Shown here: piece by piece, positions 12,558 to 24,396 of the stretch
How the letters are laid out: every line of letters begins with the position of its first letter
Position numbering within the stretch: position 1 is the stretch's first letter
Made by a program: the position numbers and the translations under genes
NCBI GenBank assembly: GCA_964558955.1
Contig: CAZLGF010000001.1
Coordinates: forward strand, 10,372-52,964
Length of the DNA stretch: 42,593 bases
Reading direction: 5' to 3'
From: an uncultured Coriobacteriaceae bacterium
GTDB taxonomy: Bacteria; Actinomycetota; Coriobacteriia; Coriobacteriales; Coriobacteriaceae
Notes under the pieces: generated by a model
Seen by the model: the letters and a program-made list of their open reading frames with translations, nothing else
Database searches by the model: none
Told to the model about the DNA's origin: nothing

Positions 12558-13721
12558 ATGACGAGCAGCGAGACCGCGCGCGACGCGTACCGCGACGAGC
12601 TCACCCACGTCGACGAGCGCGGTGACGTGCGCATGGTCGACGTGTCCGAGAAGGCTTCGACCAAGCGCGTCGCCGTGGCCGAGGCGAGCATCCTCATGCA
12701 TCCCGAGACGCAGGCCATGGTGCTTGAGGACCGCGCCAAGAAGGGCGACGTCCTTGCCTGCGCGCGCGTCGCGGGCATCATGGCCGCCAAGCGCACGAGC
12801 GACCTCATTCCCATGTGCCACCCGCTCATGCTCACCAAGAGCGCGGTCGACATCGCGCCGATCGCCGCGGACGCCACCTCCGCACCCGCCGACTGGGCTC
12901 CCGCCCGCGCCGATGGGCGCGTGGGCTTTCGCGTGCGGGCGACCTGCGGCGTCACGGGCGTCACGGGCATCGAGATGGAGGCGCTGACCGCGGCGAGCAC
13001 GGCGTGCCTCACCATCTACGACATGTGCAAGGCGGTCGATCGCGGCATGGAGATCGTCGACGTGCGGCTGCTGCGCAAGGAGGGCGGCCGCTCGGGCACC
13101 TGGGATCGCGCGGCGGCGGAGGACGGCGCTGAGGACGAGGCCGGCACCCGGGTAGGGGATGCGCCGCGTGCCGGCGTGCCTTCTGTGCCGGGAGAGTCTC
13201 CCGCTCCCGCGATCGCCTTCGTCGGCTACCAGAACGCGGGCAAGACGACGCTCGTCGAGCGCGTCATCACCGAGCTCACGCGCGCGGGCGTGCGCGTCGG
13301 CACGGTGAAGCACCATGGTCACGCCGGTTTCGACATCGACGTGCCCGGCAAGGACTCGTGGCGCCACGCGCAGGCGGGCAGCCGGCACGTGGGGCTCATC
13401 TGCGCCGATCGTTACGCCGAGTACGCCGACACCGCCGCGGAGCTGCCGCTCGACGAGCTGCTCGCGCGCTACACGGACGTCGACGTGGTGCTGGTCGAGG
13501 GGTACAAGGCGGCGGGGCTGCCCAACGTGGTGGTCGCGCGCTCGGGGGTCGACCGCATGCGCGGCGCGAGCTCGCTCGATCTGATCGACGAGCGAACCGT
13601 GGCCCTTGCCTGCAATGACGCGCTTGCCGGGCGCGTGCGCACGGGGACGCCCGTCATCAGCATCAACGACGCCGCCGCGGTGGCCGCGGCCGTCAGGGAC
13701 TGGCTCGCCCGCGCGCGATAG
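12558..13721 (+). CDS. moaC: MoaC-MobB fusion (cPMP synthase plus molybdopterin-guanine dinucleotide biosynthesis protein B)
   Basis: N-half [43 protein letters not shown]. After a linker, C-half [40 protein letters not shown] (MobB). SD GGAGG before ATG 12558. Confidence 0.9.
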   Translation: MTSSETARDAYRDELTHVDERGDVRMVDVSEKASTKRVAVAEASILMHPETQAMVLEDRAKKGDVLACARVAGIMAAKRTSDLIPMCHPLMLTKSAVDIAPIAADATSAPADWAPARADGRVGFRVRATCGVTGVTGIEMEALTAASTACLTIYDMCKAVDRGMEIVDVRLLRKEGGRSGTWDRAAAEDGAEDEAGTRVGDAPRAGVPSVPGESPAPAIAFVGYQNAGKTTLVERVITELTRAGVRVGTVKHHGHAGFDIDVPGKDSWRHAQAGSRHVGLICADRYAEYADTAAELPLDELLARYTDVDVVLVEGYKAAGLPNVVVARSGVDRMRGASSLDLIDERTVALACNDALAGRVRTGTPVISINDAAAVAAAVRDWLARAR

Positions 13722-13862
13722 GGTGCCGGGCCTCACGCGTGATCCGCGGGCATCTCGCGCGTCGCGCTCGGAGGGGCCGCGCGCTGATCGGGGTACCATA
13801 GAAGAACAACATGCCTGTCTTGCCGACGCGCCGCGCGACGGCGCCCTTACCAGGAGGATCCC

Positions 13863-16219
<2,357 letters not shown>

Positions 16220-16268
16220 GTCCTGGTAACACGGGCGACGCACTCAGCGCGCCCTTATGCCTTTTTAC

Positions 16269-16307
16269 AAGGGGCACGGCTCTGCGGGGCCGTGCCCCTT
16301 TACGTTT
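16269..16307 (+). terminator. Intrinsic terminator after GH1 copy 1
   Basis: Perfect 12-bp stem AAGGGGCACGGC (16269-16280) / GCCGTGCCCCTT (16289-16300) followed by TACGTTT. Confidence 0.8.
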
Positions 16308-16427
16308 GCGGTTTGCGCGATTCTCATGCGCTTTTTGGGGGGCGCAGCGCCGACCTTCCTTCCACATGCTTGGTGCTTCAGGCGCCCCCGTCACGCATAA
16401 AACCGCCTCAGTCTCCTACCAACAAGA

Positions 16428-16483
16428 TTCCGTCTCGCACGGAACAGCTCGTCATTGAGTGGCTTCAACCCCCTCTTTAAGAT
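16428..16483 (+). promoter_or_regulatory. Promoter with upstream inverted repeat (putative LicR/CelR-type activator site)
   Basis: TTCCGT-N5-ACGGAA palindrome (16428-16444), then TTGAGT (16455-16460), 17-nt spacer and TAAGAT (16478-16483). Confidence 0.6.
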
Positions 16484-16505
16484 ACGTTATGGAAAGGAGT
16501 GGGGC

Positions 16506-18488
16506 GTGATCGACTCAGATCTCATCGTATACGTGCAGGAACATGCCGGTGTCGCGCCCGCGGATCTTGCGGCGCGCGCCGGCGTGTCAACGCGCACGGT
16601 ACGAAAACGCATCGCGGCATGCAACGATGCGCTCGCCGGCGCCGCGGCCATCACGTATGAGCGAAACGGCGCGCAGGGCAGCGGCTACTATGTGGTGGTT
16701 TCCGATGCCGCGCGGTTTGAGGAGTTACTTGCGCGCGCCCGGCAAACGCGAACTTCCTCGCTGCCCGAGAACAGCGAGGAGCGCGTGAGCTTTTTGCTCA
16801 ACTATCTGCTGCTGCAGACCGACTGGATCACACGTGAGCAACTCGCGGAGATTCTCTACGTCTCGCCCAACAGCATTACCGCGGCGCTCAGGGATGTCGA
16901 GCGAATCTTGGGCGAGTTCAACCTGACGCTTCAGCGTCGTCCCCGGTACGGTGTCCGTGTGGCAGGTTCTGAGATGGCGCGGCGGCTCTGCCTTGCTAAC
17001 GCGGCGGTGAGCGAGCTCGATGCCGATAGCCTGCAGGCTGGCACGGGTCTCTCGGTGCTCAACAGTCTGCTTCCCGAGTCATCTGCTCGTTCAGACACGA
17101 TGCAGATTCGCCTTATGCTGGATCGCCTCGACACCTTGGTGTCAGACGTGGTCGGGAAGAGCAACTTCCACGTCAACTCGTTCTCCTACCAAAATCTTCT
17201 GGTGCACATCGGCATCGCGCTCGTTCGCATCCAGAAGGGCTGTTACGTGCCTATGGCCACCGAGCAGCTGGAGCCCATCAGGCAGTCCGATGAATACGCG
17301 GTGGCTCGAAAGATCGCTCAGGGCATTGAGCACGAGTTCGACATTCATTTGCCCGAAGAAGAGGTTGCCTATATCTCGATCCATCTTGCGGGAAAGCAGA
17401 TCATCCAGCTTGAGGGGGCGCCGACGCTGGATGGCTCGTCTCCCATTTCGGATGAGGTGTGGAGCGTCGTTACCGCCATCCTCGAGCGCGTCTGGAGCAC
17501 ATACCGCTTCGATTTGCGCGGCGATCTCGAGTTGCGCATGAACCTTGCCCAACACATCGTGCCGCTTTCGGTGCGCCTCAACTATAGTCTGGAAGTGCGA
17601 AATCCCATGGCGGATGAGATCAAGGCGCGCTATCCGCTTGCCTATGCCATGGCCCTCGAAGCCGCCGGCGTCTTGGCGCATACCTATGGCTCGGAGCTTT
17701 CCGATAACGAGGTGAGCTATCTCGCCCTGTCGTTCGCGCTTTCGCTGGAGCGCCAGAAGACTGGGCACCCCAAGAAGAATATTTTGGTGGTATGCGCCTC
17801 GGGACGGGGGAGTGCCAGTCTCCTGGGATTCCGCTATCGTCAAGAATTTGGCGACTATATCGAAACGATCACCTCGTGCGATGTGCATCATATCGATCAA
17901 GTCGACCTGTCCCGCATCGACTACGTATTCACCACCGTGCCCCTCAACCAGAGCCTGCCGGTTCCGGTGCGCGAAGTCGGCTACTTCTTGAACGATGACG
18001 ACATCCTAGCCATTCGCAGCGTACTCCACAACGACACGTCGCGACACGCGGAAGGCGTCGAGCGCTATTTCGATTCACGACTCTTCTTCACGCATCTGCG
18101 GTTTGCCGCGCGTGAGGACGTGCTCTCCTTCCTGTGCGATGCCGTCTGCGCAACCGGCTTGGTGGACGACACCTTTACCGAGCAGGTGCAGCTGCGCGAG
18201 CGTGCAGCGCCTACCGCCTTTGGCGGGTTGGTCGCGCTGCCGCATCCGTATGCTCCCGTGTCTGACGTCTCGTTCGTAGCGGTCGGGCTCCTCGACGACC
18301 CCGTCGAATGGAACGGACACGAGGTGCAGGCCGTCTTCCTGCTGTGCATAGCCCGCGAACCCGACGATGACCTCACAAGTTTCTACGACAAGTTCTCGAA
18401 TCTGATGTTCAACGAGCAGGCCATCAGGTGCCTTCTTGAAGATCAGCGCTTTGAGGTGCTCGAGCGCGTCTTTTTAGGTGCCGACTGA
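16506..18488 (+). CDS. LicR/CelR/MtlR-type PRD-containing transcriptional activator (HTH-PRD-PRD-EIIB-EIIA)
   Basis: N-terminal HTH (LAARAGVSTRTVRK), second Mga-like HTH, PRD histidines (LLVHIGIA, ISIHLAG, LAQHIVP), EIIB-like VVCASGRGSA, EIIA-like VALPHP. SD GAAAGGAG before GTG 16506. Confidence 0.92.
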   Translation: MIDSDLIVYVQEHAGVAPADLAARAGVSTRTVRKRIAACNDALAGAAAITYERNGAQGSGYYVVVSDAARFEELLARARQTRTSSLPENSEERVSFLLNYLLLQTDWITREQLAEILYVSPNSITAALRDVERILGEFNLTLQRRPRYGVRVAGSEMARRLCLANAAVSELDADSLQAGTGLSVLNSLLPESSARSDTMQIRLMLDRLDTLVSDVVGKSNFHVNSFSYQNLLVHIGIALVRIQKGCYVPMATEQLEPIRQSDEYAVARKIAQGIEHEFDIHLPEEEVAYISIHLAGKQIIQLEGAPTLDGSSPISDEVWSVVTAILERVWSTYRFDLRGDLELRMNLAQHIVPLSVRLNYSLEVRNPMADEIKARYPLAYAMALEAAGVLAHTYGSELSDNEVSYLALSFALSLERQKTGHPKKNILVVCASGRGSASLLGFRYRQEFGDYIETITSCDVHHIDQVDLSRIDYVFTTVPLNQSLPVPVREVGYFLNDDDILAIRSVLHNDTSRHAEGVERYFDSRLFFTHLRFAAREDVLSFLCDAVCATGLVDDTFTEQVQLRERAAPTAFGGLVALPHPYAPVSDVSFVAVGLLDDPVEWNGHEVQAVFLLCIAREPDDDLTSFYDKFSNLMFNEQAIRCLLEDQRFEVLERVFLGAD

Positions 18489-18588
18489 GTGTTCTTTGGT
18501 AATCGGTGCGGCCGTTTGATACCGGTGCAAGCGGCTCGCACGTTACAGATACGGACGCAATCGGTTTATTGCGGAAGGAGACAGAATC

Positions 18589-18885
18589 ATGCGTCATATC
18601 GTATTGATGTGCGCGGCAGGGGCGTCGACCAGCATGCTGGTCAAGCGCATGCGTGATGCTGCCGCACGAGACGGCTATGAGTGCAGCGTCGAGGCCCACC
18701 CGGTGAGCGAGGCGGAGCAGTACGCCAATGCCGATGTCATCTTGCTGGGTCCGCAGGTTCGCTTTCAGCTCGCTAAGGTAAAGGGCCTCGTCAACTGCCC
18801 GGTCGGGTCGATCGACATGGCAGACTATGGCGCCATGAACGGCGAGGCGGTTTTGCGACAGGCCCGAGAGCTCATGGGTGATTAA
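18589..18885 (+). CDS. PTS lactose/cellobiose family EIIB
   Basis: IVLMCAAGASTSMLV phosphorylation motif, ILLGPQV, IDMADYG. SD GAAGGAG. Confidence 0.93.
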   Translation: MRHIVLMCAAGASTSMLVKRMRDAAARDGYECSVEAHPVSEAEQYANADVILLGPQVRFQLAKVKGLVNCPVGSIDMADYGAMNGEAVLRQARELMGD

Positions 18886-18886
18886 G

Positions 18887-19255
18887 ATGGCCGACGCGCA
18901 CGAGCAGGCTCTTGAGGAGCTCGAGCATGCCTGCTTCCAGATCGTTGCGCTGGTGGGCAATGCCCGAAGTTGCTTCTTGGAGGCCATCTCAAAGGCCGAG
19001 CAGGGCGATTTCGAGGGCGCTCAGGCAAGCATCGCCGAGGGCGATAAATCGTTTAACGAGGGCCACAGCGCGCATCTTGCGCTCTTGCAGCGCGAGGCGA
19101 ACGGTGAGCAGCTGCCGTTCCGCATCATCTTGCTCCATGCTGAGGACCAGCTTATGAGTGCTGAGGGCTTCCGAATCTTGGCCGACACCTTCATCGCGCT
19201 CTACCGAAAGATCCAGCACGCGGACACACCGCATTCCGTCTCGAAGGGGGAATGA
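18887..19255 (+). CDS. PTS lactose/cellobiose family EIIA
   Basis: FQIVALVGNARS, GHSAH..LLQREANG, ILLHAEDQLM motif. Confidence 0.92.
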   Translation: MADAHEQALEELEHACFQIVALVGNARSCFLEAISKAEQGDFEGAQASIAEGDKSFNEGHSAHLALLQREANGEQLPFRIILLHAEDQLMSAEGFRILADTFIALYRKIQHADTPHSVSKGE

Positions 19256-19259
19256 GCAC

Positions 19260-20567
19260 ATGTCAGTAGTCGATTCCATTCAAACCATCATGGATAGGTG
19301 GCTTGGCCCCATTGCGACCAAGCTGAGTGGCAACCGCGGCATCCAAGCGATTTCCGGCGGTATGATGGCAACCATGCCGGTCTCGCTGGGTATCGCGCTG
19401 ATCGCCATCGTCGTCAACCTGCCGATCCCCGGTTTTGAAGACTTCCTGATGTCGAGCGGCGCCTACGCCTACGGTATGGCGCTCATGTCCGTCACGATGT
19501 CGATGCTCGGCATCTACATCACGGTCGGCATCGGGTACCGCTTCGGCACGATGCTGGGTCTTAACGGCCTGACCAGCGCTATCTTCTGCATGGGAGTGTT
19601 CTTGGGCCTGATTCCGCTCACGAGCGCCGAGGTCGACGGTGCGACGTCGAGTCTTTTGGATCCAACCTACATGGGTTCCAACGGCATCTTCATGGCCATC
19701 ATCATCGGCTTGGCTGTTCCGGCCATCCTCTCGTTCCTGATGAAGCACGTCGCCTTCAAGCTCCCCGACACGGTGCCGCCGATGGTTTCCGACTCGCTGT
19801 CCCCTACGTTTGCGGCCATCATCATCTTCACCGGCACGTTCCTCATCAAGTGGGGCTTCAGCTTTACGCCGTGGGGCAACGTCTTCGATATGGTCACCAC
19901 CCTTGTCGGCATGCCCATCACCAACATCGGCACGCAGCTCTGGGCCCCCATCGTCGTCCAGATCCTTGCGATGACCTTCTGGTTCTTCGGCATCCATCCG
20001 TCTGCTGTCGTCAACATCTACAACATCGTGGCCACCGCGTGCACCGCCGCCAACCTTGAGGCCTTCGTCGCCGGCAATCCGCTGCCCTATCTTGAGTGGC
20101 AGGTTCTGTACAACATCCTCAGCACGGGCTTTGCCGCCGAGGGCCTGCCGCTCGCCATCGCGCTGCTCACCTCGAAGTCCGCGCGCTACAAGGCGACCTC
20201 GCGCCTGGCCCTCATCCCGGCGATCTTCAACATCACCGAGCCCATGATGTTCGGTATCCCGGTCGTGCTCAACCCGGTATTCGCCATCCCGATGATTCTC
20301 ATCAAGGCGCTGGTCGGCGGCGTCACCATCCTCTTGCTTCAGCTCGGGCTCGTTCAGACGCTCAACGTGGCGGTCTCCATGACATGGATCATGCCCTACC
20401 CGGTCACCGCGTTCCTCATGGGCGGCGTCGGGTTCCTGATCATCGCGTTGGTCGGCTTCGTGGTGTCGTTCCTCTTCTTCTTCCCGTTCGTGCGCATGGC
20501 GGACAATATGGCCCTGAAGCAGGAACGCGAGGCTGCCGAGGCTGAGACTGCGGGGGCTGGCGCGTAG
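19260..20567 (+). CDS. PTS lactose/cellobiose family EIIC permease
   Basis: Multi-TM; GSNGIFMAIIIG, KLPDTVPPMV, FWFFGIH, PAIFNITEPMMFGIPVVLNP. Confidence 0.93.
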   Translation: MSVVDSIQTIMDRWLGPIATKLSGNRGIQAISGGMMATMPVSLGIALIAIVVNLPIPGFEDFLMSSGAYAYGMALMSVTMSMLGIYITVGIGYRFGTMLGLNGLTSAIFCMGVFLGLIPLTSAEVDGATSSLLDPTYMGSNGIFMAIIIGLAVPAILSFLMKHVAFKLPDTVPPMVSDSLSPTFAAIIIFTGTFLIKWGFSFTPWGNVFDMVTTLVGMPITNIGTQLWAPIVVQILAMTFWFFGIHPSAVVNIYNIVATACTAANLEAFVAGNPLPYLEWQVLYNILSTGFAAEGLPLAIALLTSKSARYKATSRLALIPAIFNITEPMMFGIPVVLNPVFAIPMILIKALVGGVTILLLQLGLVQTLNVAVSMTWIMPYPVTAFLMGGVGFLIIALVGFVVSFLFFFPFVRMADNMALKQEREAAEAETAGAGA

Positions 20568-20707
20568 CCCGCACTCGTATCAGGCGGCATATCTGCCTTG
20601 AGCAGGCTGAGGGACGGCGCTCGAAGCGCGCGGCGTCGTCCCTCATCTCATGGTTGCCGCGCGCTTCAGCTTGAGCATGACCGCGTACGTATGAGCGAGG
20701 AGGGATC

Positions 20708-22132
20708 ATGGCCCAGAGCTCCATAGCGTATAACCCCTATATGCCGTTTTGGGAATATGTGCCCGATGGAGAGCCGCACGTCTTCGGCGACCGGCTCTAC
20801 GTCTACGGCTCGCACGATCGCCAAAACGGCGATGCCTATTGCCTCGAGGACTATGTGGTATGGTCGGCGCCGGTTGACGATCTGTCGCAGTGGCGCTGCG
20901 AAGGCACGAGCCTCAAGAAGGCCGACCACTATCGGGCGCTCGGCCCGCGTGAGAGCCTGGCCGCCCCCGACGCGGCGCAGGGTCCCGACGGTCGCTACTA
21001 TCTCTACTACTGCATCGGCTTTGACGAGATCAGCGTGGCGGTATCGGACCATCCGGCGGGACCCTTCAAACCGCTGGGGCCGGTGATGTTCGGCACGGAG
21101 CGCGTGCCCTCGGCAGGGATGGCGTTCGACCCGGCGATCCTCGTCGATGACACGGGCAGGTGGCTCTACTACGGTTTCGACCCATCTAAGACGGCGGGCG
21201 AAGAGGCGGTTGCGGCCTCGGGGGCCTTCGTGGTGCGGCTTGCCGACGACATGATGACCACGGTGGGCGAGCCGAGAAAGATCGTGCCCGGTCAGGTTGA
21301 GGCCAAGGGCACGCCGTTTGAGGGGCATGCGTTCTTCGAGGCGTCGAGCATGCGCCGCGTGGGCGATGCCTACTACTTCGTGTGGTCGAGCGAGCTCGGC
21401 CACGAGCTGTGCTATGCCGTGGGCGCCGCGGCGGATGGGCCGTTCACCTTCGGTGGCACCATCGTCTCCATCTCCGACATCGGATATCAGGGAAACACCG
21501 AGCCGGTCGCCTACGAGGCGAACACGCATGGCGGCATGGTCGAGGTCGCCGGGCAGTGGTACATCTTCTATCACCGGCATACGCACGAGCGACAGTACTC
21601 GCGTCAGGCATGCGCGGAAAAGATCGAGATTCTGCCCGACGGGTCCATTCCACAGGTGGAGATCACGAGCTGCGGGCTGAACGAGGGACCGCTGCCCACG
21701 GGGAGGACCTATCCAGCGCATATCGCCTGCGGCATCCGCGGGCCTGAGGGCGTCGTGCACCTGTCGTCGCGCGTGCAGCGCCGTTCGAGCGACCCGTACT
21801 TGATGCAAGAGGGCGGACGGGACGACGGCTGCATGCTCGCCAAGAACATGCAGCCCGGTGCTGAGCTGACGTTCAAGTACTTCGCCTGCACCGGGCGCGA
21901 GCGCACCTGCTCGGTGACGCTGCGCGGGACCTTGGCGGGCTCGGTGGAGGTGCAGGCGGTATCCCCCGACGGCGCGGTGAGGCCGGTGGGGACCGTCACC
22001 GTCGAACAGCCGACCGGCAACGTGTGGGCTGAGCACACAGGAAGCGTCGCCCTGCCCGAAGGCGTATATGGCATACGGATGGTCATAGCGGGCAGCGGCT
22101 CGTGCGACATCAAAGCGTTCTCGATAGGTTAG
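20708..22132 (+). CDS. GH43 glycoside hydrolase (xylosidase/arabinofuranosidase-like) with C-terminal beta-sandwich; no signal peptide
   Basis: NPYMP..EYVPDGEPHVFGDRLYVYGSHD, APD, FDPAILVDD, FFEASS, NTHGG, WYIFYHR. SD GAGGAGG. Confidence 0.88.
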   Translation: MAQSSIAYNPYMPFWEYVPDGEPHVFGDRLYVYGSHDRQNGDAYCLEDYVVWSAPVDDLSQWRCEGTSLKKADHYRALGPRESLAAPDAAQGPDGRYYLYYCIGFDEISVAVSDHPAGPFKPLGPVMFGTERVPSAGMAFDPAILVDDTGRWLYYGFDPSKTAGEEAVAASGAFVVRLADDMMTTVGEPRKIVPGQVEAKGTPFEGHAFFEASSMRRVGDAYYFVWSSELGHELCYAVGAAADGPFTFGGTIVSISDIGYQGNTEPVAYEANTHGGMVEVAGQWYIFYHRHTHERQYSRQACAEKIEILPDGSIPQVEITSCGLNEGPLPTGRTYPAHIACGIRGPEGVVHLSSRVQRRSSDPYLMQEGGRDDGCMLAKNMQPGAELTFKYFACTGRERTCSVTLRGTLAGSVEVQAVSPDGAVRPVGTVTVEQPTGNVWAEHTGSVALPEGVYGIRMVIAGSGSCDIKAFSIG

Positions 22133-22141
22133 GAGGTCGGC

Positions 22142-24367
22142 ATGACGGAGGAGAAGCTCCAAGAGCTCCTCGACTCGCTCACCCTAGAGGAGAAGGTGGG
22201 CCAGCTCGTTCAGCTGTCGGGTGATTTCTTCAACGACAACGAGGCGCTTGCCGTCGGCCCGCAGGAGAAGCTCGGCATCGACCCCGCGATGGTGGGGCTC
22301 GCCGGCTCGGTGCTCAACGTGACGGGCGCCGCGGAGGTGCGCGCCATCCAAGAGGCGTACCTCGCCAAGAGCCGTCACAAGATTCCCCTGCTGTTCATGG
22401 CGGACATCATCTACGGTTGCAAGACCATCTTCCCCATCCCGCTGGGGTTTGCCGCATCGTGGGATCCCGAGCTCGTGCGCCGGTGCTATGAGGTGGCCGC
22501 GCGCGAGGCGCGCGCGATCGGCGTGCACGTGACGTATGCGCCGATGCTCGACCTCGTGCGCGATGCGCGTTGGGGCCGCTGTCTCGAGTCGACCGGCGAA
22601 GACCCGTACCTGCAGAGCTGCTACGCGCAGGCCATGGTCACGGGCTTCCAGGGCTCGGGCGATCTTGCGCGCGAGGGCATCGCCTCGTGCATGAAGCACT
22701 TCGCCGGGTACGGTGCCGTTGAGGCGGGGCGCGAGTACAACACGGTCGACATGAGCGAGCGCATGCTGCGCGAGGCATATCTGCCACCCTATCGGGCCGC
22801 GGTCGATGCGGGGTGCCGGCTGGTCATGCCCTCGTTCAACATCATCGACGAGGTTCCCTCAACGGCGAATACCTGGCTGTTGAACGACGTGCTTCGCGGC
22901 GAGTGGGGCTTCGATGGCGTGATCGTGACCGACTACGCCGCCATCAACGAGCTTATCGCCCATGGCGTGGCCGCCGACCAGGCGGAGGCGGCGCGGCTGG
23001 CGATCGAGGCCGGTGTGGATATCGACATGAAGACGGCCTGCTACGCCAACAACCTGCCCGAGCTCGTGCGCACGGGAGCGGTCGACGAGGCGCTCGTCGA
23101 CCGGGCGTGCCTGCGCGTGCTCAGGCTCAAGAACGAGATGGGTCTTTTCGAGGACCCGTTCCGCGGCGTGAGCGAGGAGCGTGAGGCGTCGGTGTGCCTG
23201 ACCGCGGAGAACCGCGCGCTGGCGCGCCAGCTCGCCGACGAATCGCTGGTGCTGCTCGAGAACAAGGACGCCGTGCTGCCGCTCGACCCCGCAGGCGCCG
23301 AGCGCATCGCGCTGATCGGCCCGTATGCCGAGAGCCGTGCCCTGATGGGCCTGTGGGCGGTCCATGGCGATGAGGGCGCGGTGGTCACGCTGGCCGATGC
23401 GCTGCGCGAGGTCGTGGGGGAGCGTCTGACGGTCGCTCCGGGCGCACCGCTGCTTGAAGATGAGAGCGGGCTGGGATTCTTTGGCCACGGGGGCGCCGCG
23501 GACGCCGCTGAAGACGAGGCACGCTTCAAGCGGATGCACGATGAGGCCCTTGCGGCGGCGCAGGCCGCCGACGTGGTCATCTTGGCCGTGGGCGAGCATC
23601 CCCTGCAAAGCGGCGAGGGCGGCTCCAAGACCGACCTGCGCCTGCCGGAGATCCAGCGCAAGCTGGTCGCCGACGTGTGCGCCCTCGGCAAGAAGGTGAT
23701 CGCGGTCGTGATGTCCGGTCGTGCGCCGGAGCTGACCGATGTCGCCGCCGAGGTGGACGCCCTCATCGAGTCCTGGTTCCCCGGCACCGAGGGCGCGCAT
23801 GCGCTCGCCGACATCATCTTCGGCCGCGTGAACCCGTCGGGCCGCATCACCATGAGCTTCCCGTACGCCACGGGCCAGGAGCCCATCTACTACAACGCCT
23901 TCAACACGGGGCGCCCCGAGGCAACGTCCACCCACACCAACCGCTTCACCTCCCGCTATGTCGATTGCCCCACGGCGCCGCGGTATCCGTTTGGCTACGG
24001 GTTGTCCTACCACGCCTGTCGCTACGGTGAGCCGGTCTTGAGCGCCGCCACCATGGGTGCTCAGGAGAGCATCACGGTCTCAATCGATGTGACGAACATC
24101 TCCCCGGTGGCGGGCGTCGAGACCGTTCAGCTCTACATTCGGGACCGGGTGGCGAGCGTCGTGCGCCCGGTGAGCGAGCTCAAGGCCTTCGAGCGCGTGG
24201 CGCTTGAGCCGGGTGAGACCAAGACCGTGACCTTCGAGGTGACGGAGCCCATGCTGCGCTTCTGGCGCCGCGACATGACCTTCGGGTCGGAGCCGGGGGT
24301 GTTCGACATCATGGTGGGGCGCAACAGCGCCGATGTTCAGACGGTGCCATGTGAGCTGGTGGCCTAG
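22142..24367 (+). CDS. GH3 beta-glucosidase (BglX-like); no signal peptide
   Basis: LTLEEKVGQL, RDARWGR..E..GEDP, KHFAGYG, VTDY nucleophile region, YPFGYGLSY and C-terminal Fn3-like domain (ETVQLY..RPVSELKAF). Confidence 0.95.
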   Translation: MTEEKLQELLDSLTLEEKVGQLVQLSGDFFNDNEALAVGPQEKLGIDPAMVGLAGSVLNVTGAAEVRAIQEAYLAKSRHKIPLLFMADIIYGCKTIFPIPLGFAASWDPELVRRCYEVAAREARAIGVHVTYAPMLDLVRDARWGRCLESTGEDPYLQSCYAQAMVTGFQGSGDLAREGIASCMKHFAGYGAVEAGREYNTVDMSERMLREAYLPPYRAAVDAGCRLVMPSFNIIDEVPSTANTWLLNDVLRGEWGFDGVIVTDYAAINELIAHGVAADQAEAARLAIEAGVDIDMKTACYANNLPELVRTGAVDEALVDRACLRVLRLKNEMGLFEDPFRGVSEEREASVCLTAENRALARQLADESLVLLENKDAVLPLDPAGAERIALIGPYAESRALMGLWAVHGDEGAVVTLADALREVVGERLTVAPGAPLLEDESGLGFFGHGGAADAAEDEARFKRMHDEALAAAQAADVVILAVGEHPLQSGEGGSKTDLRLPEIQRKLVADVCALGKKVIAVVMSGRAPELTDVAAEVDALIESWFPGTEGAHALADIIFGRVNPSGRITMSFPYATGQEPIYYNAFNTGRPEATSTHTNRFTSRYVDCPTAPRYPFGYGLSYHACRYGEPVLSAATMGAQESITVSIDVTNISPVAGVETVQLYIRDRVASVVRPVSELKAFERVALEPGETKTVTFEVTEPMLRFWRRDMTFGSEPGVFDIMVGRNSADVQTVPCELVA

Positions 24368-24396
24368 CCGCACCCGGCGAGAGAGGAGATCAAGAC

